Part shown: positions 53,351-64,000 of the stretch, one piece after another | Position numbering within the stretch: the stretch's first letter is position 1 | How the letters are laid out: each line of letters opens with the position of its first letter | Source: Takakia lepidozioides | Taxonomy: Eukaryota > Plantae > Bryophyta | NCBI GenBank assembly: GCA_030704615.1 | Contig: CM060732.1 | Coordinates: forward strand, 34,534,001-34,598,000 | Direction of reading: 5' to 3' | DNA length: 64,000 nucleotides | Translations under genes and position numbers: made by a program | The notes under the pieces: model-generated | What the model was told of the DNA's origin: nothing | Databases searched by the model: none | The model's input: only the letters and a program-made list of their open reading frames with translations

Positions 53351-54734
53351 ATCGGCTATTCAGAACTCTGACACAAAAAAATCATGAATCGGTGATGATC
53401 GGTGTCGATCATAAAACATTCTACTAGAGTGGAGCTGCAGAGAAAATTGAAACTCGTGATCAAAGCACAAGCAGAAGGGAGACGACATACCAGCTGACCA
53501 GGGAAACCCCCTTTCACAAGGTATAGGCTGTTCACACAATTCCATGTGCGCAAAACTTCAAACCCTGAAGACTTGAGGTATGATGCCAATGCCCGACGAC
53601 TATCATTGTCACATGACTGAAAAAGCAGAAGTGTCCCTGCATCAGAGAGGAAATTGTTACAGAACCCGAACACCCAACTCCAGTAGTTGTCCTCGAATTT
53701 GTTCCAGCCTGGCGTCTTGCCCTTTGGAAGAACTTCTGGCACAGCCTGGCCATCCGGGATGTCGAGAATGACAATGTCGGCCGCATAAGTTTTCTGCACA
53801 CCGCACACGAAGGTGGGACCTGTGCTCACCTGCAACAGACATGTTTTTTATAAGAACGATGGCAAGATTGTTTTCAAAGAACGAGACTGAAATACTGCCA
53901 ACGAAACTTTCAGAGAAAAAGGAAAGAAACTGGAATTCTCACCAGATTGAGGAATGAGATTATATTGTCCCAGGTAGGGGATAGCACCCCAGTGTATCCT
54001 CTCTTTCGACTCTGCATCATCGAAAGCCAACCCTCATTAACAATTTTCATCTCTCCTGCAGAATCAGAACGGGAAGGGTGTGGCTTGGCATCGAACACGC
54101 ACTGAAGAGTGCGGGTATATCTTCCACCAGTAAAGTCCTGCCCACTCTCCATCTCCTTTTCATTCTCCTTCCCCTTGTCCTTTTCCTTCTCTTTGGACTT
54201 GTCTTTGTCCTTTGGCTTTGCTGGTGAGATGGCTATGACATCAACAGCCTTGTCTTTTGGTTTGCGGCCCGCCTTCTTTCCCTTCTGCGGCGTTCCCTGA
54301 GCATCAGGCTCCTTGGCAGCCAATGTTGCTATGTTTCGTTGATACTCTTCGTCAGTCAAAGGCGCCAGCATCTCAGCGTTATTGTTCAAGTATTTCATAT
54401 GCTGTTCTTGAAAGGTCGTGTGCTCAGGTGGGTAGTCAAGGTACCACCCACAGTCTCTGAAGTGAGAAGGACTCCAGTCCTTCAATATCCCTGCAGTATA
54501 CATGGTTGGATCGTTTGCAGGGTCCGACCACATGTCAAGATAGTCGGGAATTCCGCTCAAGTGATTTCCTTCCATAAGCACATATTTCGTGTACCTGAAA
54601 AAAGGAGATAAATCCCAACCCACAAAAGCGCTCAGTGAGTAAGATGCAAGTAGAACAGAAAGAATAAAACATAGATTGAAATGGCTCTGAGAACTGCTCC
54701 AAGGACCTTTCAGGACCACACTACTGCTCCAGAT

Positions 54735-55459
54735 ATGAATGTCGTCAACGCCATTCAGAACATTCCATTCAATGATACTGTAAATACACCCTAATCCAGG
54801 TGAATGCAAATTATCGTTTAGAAATGACACAGACATAGAAGTGAATGTCGTCAACGACATTCACTAATGAAGCCAAATTATTACTTAAATGAAGCAAAAT
54901 CACAGGATGGAAATCAAAAAATTGAGTAAGGAACCCTCCAGGAAAACTCAATGCACATTCATAACGAACCTATCACTGAGGACCTCACAACATCACTGTA
55001 TGTGAATGGCGTCAACGCCATTCACAAAAATACAAAAAGAAACCAATTACTTAGCTCCCCAATCCATGTAAATTGAATTTGTCGCTGTTGAATAATACAA
55101 ACACAGCTGTGAATGTCGTCAACGACATTCACTTTGGATTTCTTAAAACAGAGCTTATCAAGCCTCCACATTCATCGCAAGAGGCAAAAACAATGCAAAA
55201 CAACTGAATGTCTGCATTGACATTCAGCAAAATGAAGTGAGGAACCCTCACTGTAACCTCTATGGACATTACAAAAATTTAAATAACTCTGAGGACCTCT
55301 CAACAACTCCGTATGTGAATGTCGTCAACGCCATTCAAGGACATTATCAATTCTAATCAGGGACAATATAATTGCACCCTTAGATCCTAACCAGGTGAAT
55401 TCATATACTCGCTTAAGAATGACTTAGACAAAGAAGTGAATGTCGTCAACGACATTCAA
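54735..55459. repeat. Seven 24-bp palindromes (GTGAATGTCG-TCAA-CGACATTCAC) separated by 71-137 bp diverged spacers, inside intron 54595-55538
   Basis: Copies start at 54735, 54841, 55002, 55109, 55204, 55315 and 55436. Confidence 0.93.
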
Positions 55460-57330
55460 TCTGGATCTAAGATTGCAATCCATATGAAGCCACATTTTTT
55501 CCCAAAAAAACAGTAGAGTTTCAAGTATGACATTGCACCTGTACACAACTCGCATCATGGCCCACTCTCCTCCAACCTGACTGTCAAAGTCGTTGGACCG
55601 TAAAATGTTACCATCTTTGGAGAACTCCCGAAAAAAACAGTATCTCCAGGTGAGACCTCTCCACTTCCTTATGTATGCCTCCAATGACATTTGGGGAGGG
55701 GAAACAATCGCAATGTTCAGGTCCTTCAAAGTCTGATCCAGCACAATGACGGTGCGCTTTTCGAGCTGCAAATAGTATATTTGTCAGAATTGCAAAAAAG
55801 ATACACATCACATACTTGAAGAGAAGAAACAGCATGTTCGAATACACACCTGACTCCAAAATGTAGCCTTGTGGAGCCAGTTATCAAACACCAAATCACT
55901 GATTCCTTCCACCTTTGTGCCAGGCTGTATGGTGCTCTTTGGGAACTGATTCAAGTCCTTTACTGTTTGATCTGAGTTCCATATCTCCAGCCACCTTATT
56001 TTTGTTTGTGGGTCGACCATCGATATGGCCAGCCGGTGCAATTTCTCCTGCTGCATCTCCGGATGCACATGCTTGTCATAGTGTGTTTTGATCTGCTGAA
56101 GGAACTCAGGACCAAGTCCAGGATCTACTATTCTAAGCTGCTTTCCGAAGGCTGACATCAATTTGGTTCTTCGCATTTCAAACTCCTTCTTTATTGCAGC
56201 TTCCACACCCTTTGATGTCCTTAGTTCTTCTGGTGTAGTGCGGTAATATTCGGATTTTCCCTTCTCAGCTGCCTCTGCCAGTTCTTGCTGCATTCATTCA
56301 AGTAGTGATTAGCTCCGAAGGGACTACAAACATGTATTCGAAAAGTAAACAGATTACAGACTCGGGCTTACCGCATACATGTACTCCAGAAACGCCTCTC
56401 GTGTCAAAGAATACCAAGTGCCTGCAGCTCTTCCTGTTTCGCACTTCTTGATGATATTGGGTGGTAGTACTGTCCGAAAATCATCCAGCTTCATCAGACC
56501 AATCCTCTGAATTCGGAATAGTGTGTGAACCAAGCTTGTTGTGACATGCGATTTTCTCTGTCGATCTGCAAAAACATTGGAAACATTGCATTCCTTAACA
56601 CTGTTTTTTGAGGATTAACAAGACACTACAGAGGGAATGAAATCTCCTGGATGACTTACTTGTTCACGTCGTGCATAGCTGTAAGAAGCCTAGCGATGTC
56701 GTTTCCTGGATCCAAAACCATTGCCTCCACAGCAACATGCTTGTCTTTGTCTTTCGAATGGTGTTTCTGAATGTATCCCATCCATGCCAGCAATCGGTGG
56801 TTGCCGTCCCAGACGTAGAACATGTGGTTGCAGAATTGCTGGGTGTTCTTTCCCATCATGAGGCCCAGCTCGAACTCCTCATTGGCATCTTTCCAGCACT
56901 CATCCCAGTTATCACTGATCTCTGGAGACACTAATGTGCTTTTCCCATTTATATCCGTCAGTGACACATAAAAAACTTGTGCACCAAGTCTATATCCATG
57001 CACAAAATCACTCTCCAATTTTGTTATGTCATGGGAAAGAGGTGGACGCACAACAAGCATTGATATCATCCGGCACAGATGTATGTCCAGACGCCCTCCA
57101 GATACGAGCATGTCCCTTATAACCTCCTGAGAGTTTACCTTCTGGAATGACATGAGTTCTTTCACCTTGTCAAGGTAGTGCACTTCGGATTCATCTGCTT
57201 CATCTGTATTCTCTGAGCTTTTTGCGGACTCGTCCCCATCTCCAGATCCTTTCCCCTCTGATCCTGTAGGCTTCGACCTCACAGTTTTTTGCACGATGCC
57301 ATTCAGTTCTGACTGAGTGATTTGCAAATA

Positions 57331-57651
57331 GTGAATGGCGGTAACGACCATCACTCTGTATCAAGGAAACTCACCATGAATGGTGTGAAAGAATTCAGCA
57401 CAATCTACACATGCAAAGCTGAGACTGCCGTATTCAAAACAAAAGCGAGAGCGATAGCGAACGGCGTTAACGACAATCACAGAAGATAACGACCTGCCGG
57501 ATCGGTGTTGTGTAATGACATACATGTGCAACTGATTGGCGGCAACGACATTCAATGTAGTTTAGGGAGAATAGTAAGTGCAGACTCTCTCTTCAAACAC
57601 ATAGGTACATAAATCTCATGAGGAGAATCGAATGGCGTTAACGACGCTCGC
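57331..57651. repeat. Four degenerate copies of the same 24-bp palindrome in the first inferred intron
   Basis: Copies at 57331, 57457, 57532 and 57628, with cores CGGTAACG, CGTTAACG, CGGCAACG and CGTTAACG. Confidence 0.75.
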
Positions 57652-58882
57652 AATTCAGTAGTTCCTGCTAAAGAAGGGAAGATGAAGGACTCCTTGAAAG
57701 GCAATCAGACAGACTATATGATAAAACATACTGGCACCTTCTTAGGTTTTGAAATTTGATCCCCTTCTGCAGCTTTCCTCTTCCCTCTCACATCTGCTGG
57801 AGTTTCTGTCTGCGCAAGGGTTTCTTGACCTTCTCCAGGTTCGGCGTTCCGCGTGCGTCCACCTTCTTCAGTGTCCCTGCGAATCATCTCTGCCTCCACA
57901 GGCTGGCGCACTCTTATCGCCGACTGTGTCGCAGCCGCTGCCTCAGTCTCCGTCTGCTCTTGTGAATCAGTCTCCGCGTTCACCTGCTGCCTTGGCCCTG
58001 TGTTCTCCAACAAACGACGCCTCGTCATTTTCTCTCTTGCTCTGCGTCTCTCTCTAAGGGAAGTAAAATAAAGAGACTTTCTTCTCTTTCGTATTCTAGA
58101 AGGAACCCTCTCCAGCTTGACTACCACTCTCCCTCTAAGCGCGAAAAGTAGAAAAACGCAGTGACTCCCGATTTCTTGCGGGATTGCCTGCGTTCTTGCG
58201 TGTCTCTAGAAGCATCGGATTCCCTCCCGCGTGACCGTTACACATAGTCGTTTCCTTATTAGTGCACATGCCAGCAATTGGTGTACAACTGTTCGTATTC
58301 AGTTATGGATGTCTGACGTGTGCCGCCCAAAAAAAACGGCGTGTTCTTTATTAGAACGGGTTCAATATTTAAAAAGAACAGCGAATCCCAGAAATTGATG
58401 CGCAGTCTTAAACAAATAAATATAAATGAACGAGAGTTTGATGACAAATTTTGGAATATCATACACGGTCATCCTTGTTAGCCAAACCCCACATTCGTTT
58501 CACATTTGGAACTTTCCAGGTGCGCATGATCATTGGTAGTAGTATATAGATACATTTACTTAATCTGCAATCCCATTCTCAGATCCTGTGGCATGCTTCC
58601 AGGAAGTCGGCTTTGTTATTGGGTTTATTGATGAGGTTCTGATTAACGGTTTAACAGTTGCCGACACTGCCCCTAGGGATACTCTGACCACTGGGCCCAC
58701 AAGAAAAGTAATTAAAATGGACGGCTGCATATCTGGAAAGAATAACATAATATGCACAGTCGTTATCTGAGCTTCCTCCGCCATATTCTCTGCTCATTCT
58801 TCAACTGTGTTCTGGAGACAGCAGTAAACCGATTTACACTAGATCTGCGATAGCAAGGTACAAACATACTCGAGGAAGGAAG

Positions 58883-61800
58883 ATGGCTTCCTCTGAAGCG
58901 GAGTTCTTCTCAGACGACAAACTAGTGCCGTTCTCCCAGGAAGTCCTTGACAATGGATTTGCAATTGTTCTGGAACATGTCTTGGCTACCCGTTTTCAGC
59001 TGCAGAATGGCTCCATCTTTTTGGAGAAAGAGGTTTACGATCTGAAAGGGAAGTTGGTGAAATATTCTTTCCAAAACCGTGATGAGACGGCTCATATCAG
59101 CCAGTGGAGAGTGCGTCCTGGTCGATACAGAGTACTTGGAGAGCCTCGGCGAAAGTCCCTTGGGTCATATGTGACGCCCGGGACTGCTGCTTCGGTCGTT
59201 GAAGACAAGAGGGAGGTGGTGGTGAAAAAAGAACAGACTTCCTCCACTCCAATCGTTGAGCTTTCGGATTCTTCCGATGATGACATAAGTGAAATTCCAA
59301 ATCCAGTCCTTCCTACTCTGGTTGCAGAAGCTGATGAAGAAGAGATTTGTAGTGTCATTCCAAAATTGCGGGCGATGGGAGGAATGGCTGGATTCAAAAG
59401 TGAGTTGCGGGGAATTGATTGGGAATCTTTGAAGCAGGTGCCTGTGAAGTTCTTGCCGGAGACTTTTGATGGCGATATCCTATTCGAGCTGCCTCCTCCT
59501 CCGCGAGTTGGAGGTGTAACAATCATGATGCATGGAATGGACAAGAAACACGACGGGCACCCGTGGTGCAGAACAAAAACATCCAATATTCAGAATGATG
59601 ACAAGCTTGTTTTCAGGAGGACAGTTTGCAATGGACACCTTAGGTGTGATAATTTGAATTGCAGACACTTTCTTCAGTCTGGGGTTCATAATCAAAGCGA
59701 ATGGGAGGGTCTGGCGGAAAATCCATTTCAGCCTGGGACTGCCCCTCCACCGGCAAACACTTTCGTCTGCAAATTCTGCAAACTTGTGCCATCCTGTTTG
59801 GCGCTCTGCGGAGCAAGAATGTACTATGTTGTCCACCGTTTGAATACAATGACGAGAGCTTGTGTGCATTTTGGATTCCATAACCATCCTGTCTCGAAGG
59901 GGGATTACAGGGAGAGTGTTGAGACAGTATCGAGGTTGATCAAACAGGAGTTCGGGAGAAACCCATCCGCAACAACATCTGCAATTGCTCTTGGCGCAAG
60001 CAAGTCCTTCTTGGAAAGCCATATTTTGAGTGAAGGAGATTCTGTGGGGACTAAACTTGACGGTGCAGCATTGGACCTGGTCATGGATCATTTCTCCACT
60101 TTAAGTTCACCTAACATTCGGCATCAGATCAATGCATTGAGAATGGGCTCTGGGATCAGAGGCTACATAGACAATATTTTGGAATTGAAACGACTGAGCA
60201 AGTACGATTACATCCAGGACAATGTATTCCCAGGTCAAGGTGCCATCAAAGTTTTTCTTTTCAAAATGTCGACTGTTGGGGAGGGCAGTGGGGTTAGCCT
60301 CGTGAAGCGGATGCAGAAGACTGGGGACTTGCAGAACTGTTTTCTTATGTTTGATCATGTGAAACGAGTGAAGGATTGGACGACAATGGCTTGTCATGTC
60401 TACGATCCAGTGTACCAACGAGTTATGACAATTGCAGTTTGTGACATGCAATCCGAGGATACGGAATCCCAGAAGCTCATGTGGAATTCCCTGATACGTG
60501 TCATGGGCTGCCATGGGCTGCCATCTCCAAATTTCGCAGGTTTCATGGCGGATAGTGCTCAAGCAAATTTCAATGCTGTTCGTATTGTCTTCGGATCGGG
60601 CGACCCAAAAGTGCCTATGCCAGGAAGAGAGCGTACATGTCTATTCCATTGGACACAATCTCTGGAAAAACATACAAAGTCGGACATCAAACCAGAGATG
60701 CAGACTCAGCACCGTAAATTGTGCAAAGAGTACAAAGATGCTAGAACAATGAAGGAGGCGGACACTTTGTTCCAGACAATTCGTGCCTGGTGGTTCTCTT
60801 CTGGAGCTGCATCACTTGAGAGTATGAGAGCATTGGAAGATTGGCTGGCGTTTTGGCACTTCCGGTATAGACAGTGGGGAGCAGCCATGACAATGGTACG
60901 AGGCTTCTATTTCATGCTTTATTCATACATTTGCTTTCCATATTTTTGACTCATTGCTTTCTTTATGTTGTTTCCTGTGCACTGTTCTGAAGTGTGGTTA
61001 TCCTCTTTGCAGAACATGTCCATTGAGGAAATGGCGGACATGCCATCTTGCAATTTGGCAGAAACTGTGCACAATGCATGGTTGCAGCAGTCTGGGAAAC
61101 GAGGTCGGGATTTGTATGTGGCAACAACAGATGATTTGATACGTGCCTTGCAACAACAAACCCGATACCGTGATTTCTTACGAGGTGGGGTTGGTGGCAA
61201 GGGTCCGGACAAATGGGAGTTGATGTTGCGTGCTGCAAACAGATCTGGGGATCCAATCAAGATAGCACGGGCGGTGAGCATGTATGCCCAGGGAACGCCA
61301 CTTGTTTCTAGAGTTCCACATCTTGAAGGGGAGGAGAGATTCGGCTCCTGTAAGAGGAAATTGAACACTCCACCTGGTTCGGATTCAGATTCCTACAGGG
61401 CAGACCGTGATAACTTCTCGAAGCCTCGTGTTCCCCTGCATGACAGCTCCAGGTCCGGAACCTCCATTGTGGAGGAACCTCCAACACGACGGCAAGCTCC
61501 AGCATCATACCGTGCCACTGAAATGGTGCAAGAGAGAAACAACCCCCTTGATGTGCTTGAGTCCGCATGCCCCGACCACGTTTGGCACATAGAACGCACA
61601 AGTGTCGGGTCTCGTGTGAAATGTACAGCGATCAGGGCAACTAATTTCGAGAAGTGCACTTCATCTATATCCAGAGGTGGTGCCCGAACTCCTGCTCCGA
61701 CTTTCACGGGCTTGATGCGTCCATACGGTCAACCAGAAGCCAAGAACCACAAGTTCTGGTTCTGCGCAGATGATTGTGCCAGATGTGTGCATGGAACTGT

Positions 61801-62398
61801 GCGTCCTTCCGTAGTGATGAAGCCATCTCCTCCAACCGTTTGGCCCGTGAAGGTGGGAACACATCTCAGCTTTCAGGAGATTGAAATGCTGGAGGAGGCA
61901 GGTTTTTCCCTTGCGAGACAACCCCAACTCCATGCATGTGCTACTACTTCTGCGTCCTCCCGGGTCCCCCCGGCAAATCCTGACTTGTGGCCAACCAAAC
62001 GAGATGGAAAGCTCGTTCGGCGTTTCCCTCCAACCGCTGAACACTTTGGCAAAGTGGAGTCCGCAAGAATGCTCCAAGCTCGTGTCGGAAGCACCACGGA
62101 AGTACCCGATCCAGGATATGGTCGGGTATTCACAATCATCACTTCCACATCTGCTGTTCATGACAGGACCTACGACATCACGGTTTCCAATTTCCCCAAT
62201 TGCACATGTCCTGATTTTGTGAATATGCTATCAACCAGTTTGGGCAAGAGAGGTAAATTCATACCCTGCAAACATTTGTATTTCATATTTTTGAGGAGGA
62301 TGGTTTGCGATCCCAAACGTGACAACTTCATTCACCAGGCCACTATGAGTTTTAACGAGGTCGATACTCTTTTGCAGCGGGATACAACACATGGGTAG
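58883..62398 (+). CDS. Intact MULE-family DDE transposase, 1132 aa; exons 58883-60895 and 61013-62398
   Basis: A phase-0 GT-AG intron (60896-61012) fuses the two long ORFs. GCM/WRKY-like Cys/His domain ending HFGFHNHP. FLMFDH (D), FMADS (D), CLFH, NLAETVHNAW (E). SWIM finger CTCPDF...PCKH. Confidence 0.9.
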
Positions 62399-63026
62399 CA
62401 TGAACTATGTAATGTGGTATGTGGATGACCATGATTTGAAATGTGTAATTCACATCAATTCGTCGGCTGTGCAATGATATGGCCTCCAACTATACGGAGT
62501 GAGCTCTGAGTGACAACTTTTAGGTAGTGCACATTTGTCATTGCACCGTTCGAAGTGTACATGTCTTGCTGTCGCTATGCACTACAATCATCTTTTGAAG
62601 ATGATCATAACTCTCATTGTTATTTGAGAAGGGAGGAAGTCTTCTCGTGGCAGCCTTTATGGCGCACACTTTGTGAGGATATTTTGTCGTCTTCGTAATT
62701 GTAAAAGTGAAACAAGCATTTGTAATTGCACAATGTTGGATGCTGCAATTGTAGGCCTCAACGCTCGTCTTGATTCTATTTAGGCAAGATTCCCTGCATT
62801 AATTCCACGGTCATAGGACCATCCACGGTTATAGGCGGCACATGTTAATGCTGACGTGGCAGTTGACGGATAGTGCCACGTCATCATTTACCGCCACATC
62901 AGCATGCTGACATGACGCTCACGCCACGTCAGCGTGTGTGCAGGCTCACGCCACGTCACTCCTGCGTGAGCGTACGCTCGCGCGCTCACGTGCAACGCTC
63001 ACGCCATTGCGTTGTTGCAAGTGCTC

Positions 63027-63996
63027 CACTTGATTCAGGTCCAACGGGTTGGGATGTCCTGGTTGTAGTCTCAACCTCACCTGCTGGGTCTACTTCTTTA
63101 TACTCCTCATCTTCCAATTTCTTCTCTCTATTTTCATCTTCCAAGTTCTGCCCTTGGGCTTCTTCTTCTTCACTCATGTAACTATTTTGTAATAGTGTTG
63201 GAGAGTTTGAATTCTCCGTTGGTTCTGCCATCTCCTCCCCAGTTTCAGAAACTAGAGTTCCTGCTCTTGGTGTCCCATGCCAACTCTTATCAAAGATTTC
63301 TGTTAAATCTTTTATCCAGGGATGCACCTCAGATTTTTCACCTCGTGTTTGATCTTCTTCCCCTGCCAATTCCCTTAATCTTTCTTGCAAAGAATAAGAA
63401 GGTGTAGTATCCAACTCTAGCTCTTCCGGTATAGGTGATGTACTCCTTGATCTCAATGGTGTGAGAGGTCCAGATGATTCCCCAATGTCTATTCCTCTCT
63501 CCCAAATGTACGGATAATTAGCTTTCAGATAACTTTCTCTTTTTGCTGTATATCTCTGGAGTCTATCTTCTCTTTCATCACTCATGTCCCATGTCCTTCA
63601 TTTCTTTTAATGTGGCAATGACCAAAACTCCCTTCTGTAATATCTCTCGTATATGCTTGGGTTTCTTTCAAGCTTCAATGTATCTCTGAATATACTAGAA
63701 GTCTCCGTTACCATATACCCATATGGTAAACAAGTCTGGAAAGCTGTTCTTGGTGTGAGTTTGATCCACAAGATATCCTTTGGTATCCAGTTCTTTACCA
63801 GTACCAACTCCTCATGCATATGAGTATAAACATTCACTTTTCTTTCCTCCCAGCTTTCAAACTCTACTCGCTTAATGGATAGCAGGGCTATCACATAAAC
63901 CAGTGTTGGTAACCAACGCGCTCTTCCTCTATAGGCTACCTGATAAATCTTTATCACTCCCTTCTCCAAACCCCATTCCGGGTCAGCATCATGCAC
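63027..63996 (-). other. Two tandem unidentified ORFs (63996-63607 and 63585-63027), probably retroelement-derived; the second is cut by the MULE end
   Basis: Purine-rich, co-oriented ORFs. The composition changes abruptly at 63026/63027. Confidence 0.35.
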
Positions 63997-64000
63997 TCTC

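Larger units (their letters stand above)
53491..58127 (-). pseudogene. Multi-exon accessory gene with ParB/Srx-like and amino-methyltransferase-like domains; inferred exons ~58127-57738, ~57320-56660, 56565-56372, 56323-55850, 55765-55539, 54594-53943, 53829-53491
   Basis: GT-AG junctions are phase-compatible from 56660 downward. ParB-like VRPP...KLESDFVHGY...FYVWDGNHRLLAW. MTase-like ADIVILDIPDG...FLSDAGTLLLF...GFEVLRTW. One extra A near 56553 and two in-frame stops near 56310 and 56295 disrupt it. 3' exons not found. Confidence 0.7.
53400..63026 (+). mobile_element. MULE-like element copy B (left end missing)
   Basis: Intact transposase (+), divergent accessory gene (-), and a repetitive subterminal region 62800-63026 ending TTGCAAGTGCTC, which abuts unrelated sequence. 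Confidence 0.85.

Noticed and set aside
54595-54860. N-terminal part of ORF 53910-54860
   Set aside because: Read-through into the palindrome-containing intron; a clear acceptor lies at 54596-54595.
54735-55459. CRISPR array
   Set aside because: Eukaryotic intron, no cas genes, and spacers are 71-137 bp, variable and partly duplicates of each other.

Overview
Eukaryotic nuclear DNA from a land plant, most likely a bryophyte or other non-seed plant (spliced genes, chromovirus-type Ty3/gypsy element, a DYW-PPR fragment). Four recognisable host genes sit among transposon debris: a 3'-truncated At4g29420-like F-box/LRR gene, a cytochrome b561, a TATA-binding protein, and a PRISE/VEP1-type reductase. 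The debris includes a Ty3/gypsy pol, an L1 LINE, a CACTA-like transposase fragment, hAT- and Harbinger-type MITEs and three copies of a tRNA-like SINE. The most interesting feature is a Mutator-superfamily (MULE) element present as two diverged copies, one decayed (about 3620-10250) and one with an intact spliced transposase (about 53400-63026). The transposase reads as GCM-like Zn domain, DDE core, an extra Cys-rich Zn module and SWIM. Head-to-head with it lies a multi-exon accessory gene encoding a ParB/Srx-like domain (YVWDGNHR) and a segment resembling beta-class N4C/N6A DNA methyltransferases (DIVILDIPDG...FLSDAGTLLLF). Its introns carry arrays of palindromes with a shared CG-NYAA-CG core and copy-specific stems. 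All family assignments are by eye from motifs; no database searches were run.
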